From NCBI GenBank assembly GCA_963716745.1, contig OY970320.1:2976001-3040000 (forward strand): 64,000 bases of DNA, given 5' to 3'. Under the pieces are notes generated by a model. That model was given only the letters and a program-made list of their open reading frames with translations, had not been told where the DNA came from and ran no database searches. Positions 36,715 through 45,830 of this stretch are shown piece after piece (within the stretch, counting starts at the first letter, position 1; each line of letters begins with the position of its first letter). This stretch comes from an uncultured Gemmatimonadaceae bacterium. GTDB taxonomy: Bacteria; Gemmatimonadota; Gemmatimonadetes; Gemmatimonadales; Gemmatimonadaceae. The position numbers and the translations under genes were made by a program.

Positions 36715-37960
36715 CTATTCCTGCCTCATGGCCGCGACGGGATCGAGCCGCGCCGCGCGCGACGCGGGATACACGCCCGCCACGACACCGGTGACCGTGC
36801 CGACGAACACGCCGAGGGCGAGTGACCAGAGGGTGACGTCCATCGGCAGCGAGAAGGCGACGCGCAGGATCGCGGCGATCCCGATGCCGAGCGAGACGCC
36901 GATCGCGGCGCCCACGGTGCTCAGCGTCGCGGACTCGGCAAGGAATTGGCGCAGGATGTCGCGGCGGCGCGCGCCGAGCGCCTTGCGCACGCCGATCTCG
37001 CGCGTGCGCTCGGCGACGGCCACGAGCATGATGTTCATGATCACCATGGCGCCCACGACGAGTCCGACGCCCGGGATCACGACGCCAGCGATGGTCATGA
37101 TGCTCTTGATCTTGTCCCAGAACGCGAGCGCCGCCTGTGACGTGAACATCACGAAGTTGTCGGGCTGCCCCGGGTGCAACTTGCGACGCCCGCGCATCGT
37201 CGCGCGCACCTGCTCCATTACATCCTTCATCTGCGACACCGACGCGCTCTGGATGAGGATCGTCGCGAGCACGCCGGGCGGCTGTGTGAGCCGGCGGCCG
37301 GGCGACTTGAGCGGCACCACGGCGAACTTGTCGAGGCGACTGGCCGAAGACGCTGCCCTGGGGCAGCGCGACGCCCACGACGGTGTAGTTGATCCCGCCG
37401 ATCTTGAGCTCGCGGCCCAGTGGATCGAGGTTCGGGAAGAAGTGCGTCGCGACGTCGTTGCCGATGACCGTCACGAGCGAGCCGTGATCGAGTTCCTGCG
37501 GCGCGATCACGCGCCCCTTCGCGATGTCGATGCGCTGGATGGAGAAGAAGTCGCCCGACACGGCGAAGAGCTGCGCCTGCCGCCGCCGCGCGTACTGCGA
37601 CTCCATGTACTGCTGCCACTGGGTGTTCCGCACGGCCCACTTCGTGCCGTCAGGAAGCCCGTCCACCACCGGATGGATGTCGGCGTCGCGCAGGTACGGG
37701 CGTCGCGTCCACTCCTTCCACTCGGCGTCGGTGACATTGCCGAGATTGATGCTCGGGAAGCGGCGCAGCTCGAAGGTGTTCACCCCCATCAGCTTGCCGA
37801 CGAAATCCTCTTCCATGTAGCGGCCCATGCCCTGCACGATCGTGATCACCGCCACAAGGAACATGACGCCGATCATGACGCCGAGCAGGGTAAAGAAGCT
37901 CTTGAGCTTCTGCACCCGGATCTGTTGGAGCGCGAGTTTGATGGCGTCGAGGAAGTGCAT
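36715..37960 (-). CDS. MacB-family ABC permease, type A of pair 2 (apparent +1 frameshift near 37335)
   Basis: MHFLDAIKLALQQIRVQKLKSFFTLLG joined to ORF 36715..37320 VGAMVIMNIMLVAVAERTREIG...AAMRQE. Confidence 0.88.
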
Positions 37961-37989
37961 TCTACAGTCCGGGGTTCACTGTTATTTCT

Positions 37990-38051
37990 ACTGCAGACCT
38001 AGACGCTAGACCTAGACGTTAGAGGGCGACTCCAGAGTCTCAGTCTGTAGT
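37990..38051. repeat. Family C element (shortened right arm)
   Basis: actgcagacctagacgctagacctagacgttagag ... agtctcagtctgtagt. Confidence 0.85.
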
Positions 38052-39320
38052 TATTCGTATCTCAGCGCTTCCACGGGATCGAGGCGTGCGGCGCGGATCG
38101 CGGGGATCATGCCGAAGGCGATGCCGGTGAGCGCGCTGGCCAAGAGCGCCAGGACGATCGCGATCGGCGGGATGCTCGCTTCGATGGGGGTCAATGCGCG
38201 TACGACCGCGGAGAGCGCGCCGCCAGTGACGAGTCCGACGATGGCGCCCACGCTCGTCATCGTCGCGGCCTCCACCAGGAACTGCCAGAGGATCAGGCCT
38301 CGCGTCGCGCCAAGCGCCTTGCGCACGCCGATCTCGCGCGTGCGCTCGGTGACGGAGATCATCATGATCGCCACGACGCCGACGCCGCCCACCATGCAGG
38401 CCGATCGCCGAGAGCCCGATCATGACCCAGGCGATCGTGCCGATGATCTTGTTGTAGAGCTCGAGCACCTTCTCCTGCGAGCTGACGAAGAAGGTGTTGG
38501 TCTGCCACGGGCGCAGCGTCCGGTGCGTCCGCAGCACCGCCACGGCGTCATCCATCGCCTCGTCCTGCGCCACGCCATCGCGCGGCTTCACGGTGAGATC
38601 GAGCCAACGCACGCCCACATCCAGGCGGCGGCGCGCGGTCTCGAACGGAATGATCAGCTTCCCGCTTGGACCCCGCGTCGAAGATGTTCGGGCTCGGGTG
38701 ATACACGCCGATCACCAGGAACGGCTTGCCATCCACCGAGATCGACTTGCCGACGGCTTCGGCTCCCGCGAACAGCCGGCCCTTCAGATTGTCGTCGATC
38801 AGGGTGACCTGCGCCGCGCTGGAATTCTCGTTCTCGGTGAAGCTGCGCCCCGGGCTGATGTCGCCGCCAGTCCACGTCGGTCCAGCCCGGGTGTACAGGC
38901 CTCCACCTGTGCGCCGGGCAGTGAGCGGTCCTTGTACTTGACGGACGAGGACGTATTCACGTGCGCGATGACGCCCTTGATCGTGGGCTCCTTCGCGATC
39001 TCGGTCGCCTCCGCGACCGTGAGCGGCTGATAGCGGATCCACGGGCAGGTCTCCGCGCCGCTGCAATTGTTCACGGCGATCGGCCACTTCGTGATGTAGA
39101 ACGTCGTGGGGCCGGCCGCCGCGAACCCTTTCTCGACGCCAGCGTTGATGCCGTGCACCGCCGCGCTCATCGTCGTCACGACGAACACGCCGATCGCGAT
39201 GCCCATGACGGTGAGGGCCGAGCGTACCTTGTTCGCCCACATGCCTTCGAAGGCGATGCGAATGCCCTCGCCGAGCGCGCTCGCGATCTCGAGCAGGTAG
39301 CTGCGGCATGCCGGGGCCAT
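38051..39320 (-). CDS. MacB-family ABC permease, type B of pair 1 (several apparent frameshifts)
   Basis: Fragments 38799..39320 (ANKVRSALTVMG), 38548..39309, 38040..38618 and 38051..38395 (IMMISVTERTREIG...LRYE) are colinear with 35448..36713. Confidence 0.8.
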
Positions 39321-40571
39321 CAGTCGGACCTCAGCGCGACGATCGGGTCAAGTCGCGCGGCCTTCATGGCCGGCAGCGTGCCGGCGACGATGCCGACACC
39401 CGCGCCCACGACCACCGAGAGAACAACACTCCACGGCGCGACCGAGGTCGGCAACCCGAACGTCGTGACGAGGAGCGAAATGCCGAAGCCGAACGCGATC
39501 CCGATCAGCGATCCGACGACGCTCAGCGTGGACGATTCCACAAGGAACTGCCAGAGGATGTCGCGTCGCCGCGCGCCGAGCGCCTTGCGGATGCCGATCT
39601 CCCGCGTCCGCTCCGCAACCGCCACGAGCATGATGTTCATGATGACCATCGCGCCCACGACGAGGCCGATCGCGGGGAGCGCGATGCCGGCCTTCACGAG
39701 CACTTGTTTGATCTTGTCCCACGCCGAGAAGGCCGACTGCGTGGTCTCGAGCACGAAATTGTCCGGCCTCGCCCGGGCGCAGATGCCGCCGCCGGCGCAT
39801 GATCTCGCGCACGGTGCGTCTGCAGCTCGGGCATCGACTGCTCGTACGGCGCCTGCACGACGATGCCCGCAATGTCGCGGTGCGACAGCGTCACGCGATT
39901 CATCACGCTGTGGAAGGGGCCGAATATCTGGTTGTCGAAGTTGAAGCCGAGCGACGTGCCTTGCTTCTCCATCACGCCGACCACGCGGAACTCGTACCCT
40001 TCGAGCTTGATGATCCGGTCGATCGGGTCGATGTTCGGGAAGATACGTCTTCGCGACATCGGTGCCGATGACGACCACCGGCGACGCCCAGCGCATCCTC
40101 CTGTTCGGAGAAGAGCCGGCCCTTCTCGACGCCGATGTCCTTGATGGTGAAATAGCCCGGCGGTCACGGCCTCGGCCGAGCACGCTGCCGCCGCTGCGCG
40201 TGTAGTCGGTCTGAGGCGTGCACGTCGCGCGCATCCTGGATGGCCCAGTCGCGCATCGGCGGGCAGGCCCGGCGCGGATCGCGTCGGCGTCGGCTGCGGT
40301 GATGCGCGGCCGCTGCTGCCACGCGCGCCACTCCGCCTCCGTGACATCGCCCATGCCGATGTTCGGCATGCGCCGCACGTTGAAGGTGTTCACACCGAGG
40401 AATTTCCCGGCGAAGTCCACTTCGATCTTCTTGTTCAGCCCTTCGACGATCGAGACCACCGCGATCAGGAACATCACGCCGATGATGACGCCGAGTCAGC
40501 GTGAAGAAGCTCTTCAGCTTCTGCACGCGGATCTGTTGCAGCGCGAGGATGATCGCGTCGAAGAGCTGCAT
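39320..40571 (-). CDS. MacB-family ABC permease, type A of pair 1 (several apparent frameshifts)
   Basis: MQLFDAIILALQQIRVQKLKSFFTL; fragments colinear with 36715..37960; ends IMNIMLVAVAERTREIG...VALRSD. Confidence 0.8.
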
Positions 40572-40576
40572 GGCGC

Positions 40577-41374
40577 TCACACGCCCACCGTGCGCGCGAT
40601 GAACTTGGCCTGGTTCTCGTCCGACGCCACGCGCCCGTCGCGCAGCTGGATCACGCGCTTGGCGTGCCGCGCGATGTCGGGTTCGTGCGTGACCATGATG
40701 ACCGTCTGGCCGCCCTGCGCCAGCCCTTCGAACACGCGCATGATCTCCTCGCTCGTGGTGGAGTCGAGGTTACCCGTCGGTTCGTCGGCCAGCAGGATCG
40801 CCGGCCGGTTCACGAGCGCGCGCGCGATCGCGACGCGCTGCCGCTGGCCGCCCGAGAGTTCGTTCGGGCGATGGTCCATGCGGTCGGCCAATTGCACGCG
40901 CTCGAGCGCCTCCGCGGCGCGGCGCTTTCGCTCCGCGCTCGGGACGCCGGCGTACACGAGCGGCAGCTCCACGTTCGCGAGTGCGCTCGCACGCGGGAGC
41001 AGGTTGAACGTCTGGAAGACGAACCCGATCTCCCGGTTCCGCACGTGCGCCAGATCGTCGTCCGCCATCGTAGAAACGAGCTCGCCGTTGAGCCAATACT
41101 CGCCGCCGCTCGGCGTATCGAGGCAACCGATGAGGTTCATGAGCGTGGATTTCCCGGAGCCCGAAGGGCCCATGATTGCCACGTACTCGTTGCGGCGGAT
41201 CGCGAGGTCCACGCCGCGGAGCGCGCGCACCACTTCACCGCCCATGTCGTAATCGCGCGAGATGTTCCGCGTCACGATCACCCACTCCTTGCTGGGCGCC
41301 GCACCGGCGGTGCCGGTGACGACTTCCCGCTCGGAGGTGGTGCTGAGCCCGTACTCTCCGGTGTTCGGGCTCAC
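40577..41374 (-). CDS. ABC transporter ATP-binding protein (MacB/LolD type)
   Basis: [49 protein letters not shown]. Confidence 0.95.
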   Translation of the reverse strand: MSPNTGEYGLSTTSEREVVTGTAGAAPSKEWVIVTRNISRDYDMGGEVVRALRGVDLAIRRNEYVAIMGPSGSGKSTLMNLIGCLDTPSGGEYWLNGELVSTMADDDLAHVRNREIGFVFQTFNLLPRASALANVELPLVYAGVPSAERKRRAAEALERVQLADRMDHRPNELSGGQRQRVAIARALVNRPAILLADEPTGNLDSTTSEEIMRVFEGLAQGGQTVIMVTHEPDIARHAKRVIQLRDGRVASDENQAKFIARTVGV

Positions 41375-42678
41375 GATTTGGCCACCGCGGCCGCGGGCTT
41401 CTTCACGTTGCTCGTCGTATCCTTCTTGATCTCTCTCACCACCGTGCCCTCCTTCAGTTCGCGGATCGCCTGGAAGCTGCCGGAGACGATCGTCTCCCCT
41501 TCCTGGAGGCCGCTGAGCACTTCGAAGTACTCTTCACCGGCGATCCCGATCTTTACGGGCCGGAACGCCACTTTGTTGTCCTTTCCGACGACGAAGACGC
41601 CTTCGACATCGCGCTTGCCCACGTCCTTCGCGGCCTTCTTGCCGAGCACCACCGCCGCGGAGTCCTTGTTCTCGTTCTTCTCGTGCTCGCGCACGGTGAG
41701 CGCGATGATGGGAATGCTCATCACGTTCGTGCGCGTGTCGGTGATGATCTTGGCCGTGGCCGAATAGTCCGGCCGCGTGTCGCGCGGCGGATTGAGCAGC
41801 TGCACCTTCACCGAGTAGTCCACCGCCTGATCGCCGGACGTGGAGCTCGCGGTGCCCGACGCCACGAGCGCGGAGTTGGAGATCTCCACGACCTTGCCGC
41901 GGAAGGTGGTGTCGGGGAACGCATCGATCTCGATCGTGGCGGAATCGCCCACGGAAATGCGCGCGACGTCGGTCTCATCGACCTTCACCTTCGTCTCGAG
42001 CATGCTCATGTCGCTGATCGTGAGCAGCAGCGCCTGGTCCTTGCTGAAGGTGCCGGGGACCGCGGTCTCGCCCTGTTCCACCGCGAGTCGCGTGATCTTG
42101 CCGCTCATTGGGGCGTTGATGGTGGTCTTGGCGAGCAGCGACTGTGCGTTCGCGAGCGCGGCGGTCGCCTGGTCGATCGAATGCTTCGCCGACTCATAGA
42201 GCGCCTGGTTCACATCCACCGTGGTGCTCAGCTGCTCCATCTGTTCGGCCGACACGAGCGTCGAATTCGTCTTCGAGATCTCCTGCGACCGGCTGAGGGC
42301 GCTCTTCGACTGGTCGAGATTCGCTTTCGAGCGCGCCAGGTCGGCGCGCGCGGCGGCCACCGCGGCCTGGTTGCGCTGCACATCGGCCTGGTAGGTGGAG
42401 GGGTCGATCTGCAGGAGGAACTGCCCCTTCTTCACCATGTCGCCCTCCTTCACGGCAAGGCGCAGGATGCGGCCGCTGACATCGGACGCGACGTCCACCT
42501 TGACGTGCGGCTGCACCTGGCCGCTCGCGGTGACGGAAGCGATCAGATCGCGCTTACCGACCTTCTCCTCGCGCACCACGGTACCCTGGTTGCCGCCCTT
42601 CTGCACCGCGAATCCGACTGCGCCGGCCACGATGACGACGAGGACGCCGAGGACGATCCATTTCTTTCGCTTGGTCAT
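41371..42678 (-). CDS. Efflux periplasmic adaptor (MacA/HlyD family)
   Basis: N-terminal [25 protein letters not shown], coiled hairpin, [14 protein letters not shown]. Confidence 0.93.
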   Translation of the reverse strand: MTKRKKWIVLGVLVVIVAGAVGFAVQKGGNQGTVVREEKVGKRDLIASVTASGQVQPHVKVDVASDVSGRILRLAVKEGDMVKKGQFLLQIDPSTYQADVQRNQAAVAAARADLARSKANLDQSKSALSRSQEISKTNSTLVSAEQMEQLSTTVDVNQALYESAKHSIDQATAALANAQSLLAKTTINAPMSGKITRLAVEQGETAVPGTFSKDQALLLTISDMSMLETKVKVDETDVARISVGDSATIEIDAFPDTTFRGKVVEISNSALVASGTASSTSGDQAVDYSVKVQLLNPPRDTRPDYSATAKIITDTRTNVMSIPIIALTVREHEKNENKDSAAVVLGKKAAKDVGKRDVEGVFVVGKDNKVAFRPVKIGIAGEEYFEVLSGLQEGETIVSGSFQAIRELKEGTVVREIKKDTTSNVKKPAAAVAKS

Positions 42679-42693
42679 TTGTGTGAGCCCTGG

Positions 42694-44187
42694 TTAACGC
42701 AGAGGACGGCCCACCGCGCGTTCCAGCGCGGCGAATGCCCGGTGATAATCGAAGATCGATGCGAAGCGCTGCTCGACGGCCTGCTGGAACTGGTCGCGCT
42801 GCGTGGACAGGTCGACGGCCGTCGCGGAACCCACGCGGTACTTCTCTTGGGCGAGATTGAGCGCAAGCTGCGCCTGGGCCTCGTTCTCGACGGACAGGTC
42901 GTACGCTTCGATCGCCGCCTGAAGCGTGAGATACGCGCTCGTCACACTCGCGGTGAGACTGAGTTCCTGCGAACGGATGCGGTAGCGCGCGTCGTTCTCC
43001 GCCGCCTTCGCATCTTCCACGCCCGCGATGCGCTGATAGCCATCGAGGATCGGGAGCGACAAGGTGATGCTCGCCTGGAAGGGCGACTTGGTGAACGCCC
43101 AGTTCCGCACGGCGGCATTCTGCTTCAGGATCGCCGCCGTGTCGGGCGGCAGATAGAGCGCGTTGCAATTGAGATTGGCCATGCCGACGCCCGTGCGCAC
43201 CGAGTCCTGCGTGGCGCAGCTCGAGAGACCCGCGAAGTAATTCGATGTGGCCGAGCTCACCGGGAAATCGGAATTCGTGTATTGGTTCGCGTATCCGCCC
43301 CAGCCCGCCTGCGCCGAGAGCGTGGGCAGGAAGGTGCCCTTCGCTTGCGTCGTGCCGGTCTGCGCCGCGGCATAGCGCGCTTCGAGCGCCATGAGCGCCG
43401 GGTTATAGTGGCGCGCGAGCGAGAGCACGGAATCGAGGCTGAACGTGGGCCGCGTGACCGGGATCCGCGTGACCAGCCGGACGCCCGGCGGCTCGGGAAT
43501 GCCGATCAACTGGAACATCGCCAGCCGGTCGACCTGCGTCTGATTGTTCGCGCGGATCGCCGCGATCTTCTGGTTTCCGAGGCCCACTTTGGCTTTGGAG
43601 AGATCGAGCTGCGTACCGGATCCGACCGACAACTTGGCCTGCGCCAGGTCCACCTGGATCTGGTTGCTCACGATCAGCGAATCCTGCAGCGACGCGTTCG
43701 CCTCGTCGACCAGCACGAGCAGATAGGAGTCCGCGACGTTCGAGCGGAGCGTCGCCGCCGCGCTCGCGATGTCGGCATCGGCGGCATCCAGCGTGTGGCC
43801 GGTGCGCGATGGATTCGTGAACGTCGTGACGTTCAGTTGATAGTTCAGATTGATCCCGTACCCCGACTGGACCTGGTCGGAGCCGGTGGTCAGACCGGTC
43901 ACGCCGTTGACGTTGATCGGGCCCTGTTGCAGATAGCCGCCCGAAAGGCTCACGCCGGCGTTCGGAATGAACGCGGCGTACGCCGCCTTGTTCCGAGCCG
44001 ACGCGGGACTCCGCTGGTCGACCACCTGCTGGTATTCCGGATTATTCTTGAGCGCGAGCGCCACTGCCTGCTCGAGCGTAAGGGCCGGCCCGGTCGTATC
44101 GGTCGCCACTTGAGCGCTCGCAGATACCGCGAAAATGGCGGTACCCAGAACGAGACTGGCGGCCGCGACGGACTTCGAAACTCGCAT
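42694..44187 (-). CDS. TolC family outer membrane efflux protein
   Basis: Signal peptide; LTLEQAVALALKNNP, FLPTLS, LSLPILDG, YRVG, ALERAVG. Confidence 0.92.
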   Translation of the reverse strand: MRVSKSVAAASLVLGTAIFAVSASAQVATDTTGPALTLEQAVALALKNNPEYQQVVDQRSPASARNKAAYAAFIPNAGVSLSGGYLQQGPINVNGVTGLTTGSDQVQSGYGINLNYQLNVTTFTNPSRTGHTLDAADADIASAAATLRSNVADSYLLVLVDEANASLQDSLIVSNQIQVDLAQAKLSVGSGTQLDLSKAKVGLGNQKIAAIRANNQTQVDRLAMFQLIGIPEPPGVRLVTRIPVTRPTFSLDSVLSLARHYNPALMALEARYAAAQTGTTQAKGTFLPTLSAQAGWGGYANQYTNSDFPVSSATSNYFAGLSSCATQDSVRTGVGMANLNCNALYLPPDTAAILKQNAAVRNWAFTKSPFQASITLSLPILDGYQRIAGVEDAKAAENDARYRIRSQELSLTASVTSAYLTLQAAIEAYDLSVENEAQAQLALNLAQEKYRVGSATAVDLSTQRDQFQQAVEQRFASIFDYHRAFAALERAVGRPLR

Positions 44188-44257
44188 CGGTTGGATTCCT
44201 GGTTGATGTCCTGGTGAACGTACGGCCGCTTGGACACGACGGTTTCACGCCGTGATG

Positions 44258-44293
44258 CAACGCGCCCCGCCGGTGCAAGGCGGGGCGCGGTTG
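44258..44293. terminator. GC-rich hairpin upstream of the tolC-like gene (possible terminator or stabiliser)
   Basis: cgcgccccgcc-ggtgcaa-ggcggggcgcg; no clear U tract. Confidence 0.35.
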
Positions 44294-44324
44294 GTGCCGG
44301 AACGAGCTCGGAAACGCGTTCCGA

Positions 44325-45029
44325 TCAGCGCGGCATCTCGTCGCGGACCGCACTCACTTCGCCGAGCGTCACCTTGAGCACCCGGCCCTTGGAATCTACC
44401 CAAATGTCGCGCGTCGCGCCGCCCGTGATGGTCGCGTTCAGCCGATGCGCGTCGGTGGGCGTGCCGCCGACCACGACGCGCTCGACGCCCATCGGCTGCA
44501 CATGCATCGTCTGCTGCACGTTGCGCGTGGGGATCACCACGGGCACGGAGAACGCCGCCCCCTTGAAACGCTGCGCGAGGAAGTAGTACTGGTGGAAGAC
44601 ATCATCGTCGATCACGAGGGCCCCATCCGACACGATGTACTCCTTCGCGGCCTCGCCCGTGGGCGTACGCACGCGCGCGCTGAACCGACCGCGCGCGATC
44701 ACACCCTTGAGCCGCAATTGCAGCTGGTCGTTGGTGCGCACTTCCATCTGGTAGGCGAGGGGCGCGAAGCCTGTGTCGGTGCGGAGCGCCGGCGTGAGGC
44801 GTTGCGCGTCGAAATCGACGGTCGCGTTGGCGACGTACACGTCCTCGTTGGCGGTCACGGAGCGGCGGATGGTGAACGTCTCGCGGCCCACGCGCGCGCC
44901 TTTCCGGAAGATGGTGAAGCTGCCCTCGTCCACGATCGTTTCCTGCGCCGCGGCCGGGGCGGGGAGCTTCGCTGCGGCCACCGCGAGGGCGCCGGCGAGA
45001 ATGGCCCAGCGGATCGGAATGGCGTTCAT
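44325..45029 (-). CDS. Secreted beta-strand-rich hypothetical protein
   Basis: Signal peptide ending AAA-Q; alternating beta-strand pattern; 4-bp overlap with the upstream gene. Confidence 0.7.
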   Translation of the reverse strand: MNAIPIRWAILAGALAVAAAKLPAPAAAQETIVDEGSFTIFRKGARVGRETFTIRRSVTANEDVYVANATVDFDAQRLTPALRTDTGFAPLAYQMEVRTNDQLQLRLKGVIARGRFSARVRTPTGEAAKEYIVSDGALVIDDDVFHQYYFLAQRFKGAAFSVPVVIPTRNVQQTMHVQPMGVERVVVGGTPTDAHRLNATITGGATRDIWVDSKGRVLKVTLGEVSAVRDEMPR

Positions 45030-45772
45030 TCGTCGCCGTCGGTGGTGAGGAAGAGCCGCTGGCCGACCCGTTCGCGGATCCGCTCATACAACGCGCGCCC
45101 GGTGAGGGCGTTCGCGGAGCTGGGGCAGCCCAGGCTCCGTGCGTTCTCGTCGGGGACGCGCAGTCGACCACCCCGGTAACGAGCGTATTCCGCCGCCGTG
45201 AGCGGCTGGTCGCGGGCCCGGTCGAGGCGCACCAGCGAGGGCGCGAGGTGTAGCAGGATCGACGTCTCGGCTTCGCCGCCGGGCAACGGGCCGGGATCGG
45301 TGGATAGGAGGTCCGCCATCGGGATCGTCCACAGGTCGGCGACACGCAAGCGCGCGGAGCGCGTCACTACAGTGATGAGCGCCTCCTGGTGGTAGATGTG
45401 GTCGTTGGCGCTGAGGAGGATAAATTCCTTGAAGCCGGCGTTCTCCCACTCGGCGATGAGGTCGTTGAGATAGCGATGGAGCGTCTTGCGGCGCACGGAA
45501 CTGTCGCCGGGCGTGGGGCGCGCCCCGGCGTGGAAGACGCCATACTCCACGGCGGGGGCGCGCAGCACGCCGAAGGCCGCGGACAGATCATCGGCGAGAC
45601 GTTCGACGATGATGGTCGGCGCGCCGAGCGGCAGTTGAGCGCCGCGCGGTTCGCAGGTGCCGACGGGCACGATGAGGCGCGGGTCCTCGACCATGAGGGC
45701 CGCGACCTCGGCTGGGGTCATCTCCTTGAGGCGCCGTGGCGCGGACGCGACGGCGCGGAGGGCAGCGGTCAT
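45026..45772 (-). CDS. Creatininase-family protein (degenerate metal site)
   Basis: LKEMT..EV, LIVPVGTCE..G..LPLG, APAVEYG, GEAETSILLHLAPSLVRLD, G.PS.A.A..G. Confidence 0.8.
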   Translation of the reverse strand: MTAALRAVASAPRRLKEMTPAEVAALMVEDPRLIVPVGTCEPRGAQLPLGAPTIIVERLADDLSAAFGVLRAPAVEYGVFHAGARPTPGDSSVRRKTLHRYLNDLIAEWENAGFKEFILLSANDHIYHQEALITVVTRSARLRVADLWTIPMADLLSTDPGPLPGGEAETSILLHLAPSLVRLDRARDQPLTAAEYARYRGGRLRVPDENARSLGCPSSANALTGRALYERIRERVGQRLFLTTDGDE

Positions 45773-45830
45773 TCCGATTCGCGGTATCGAACGAGGTGAG
45801 GGCGTGTCCGGCGCGTCGGGCGCGCCGGCA

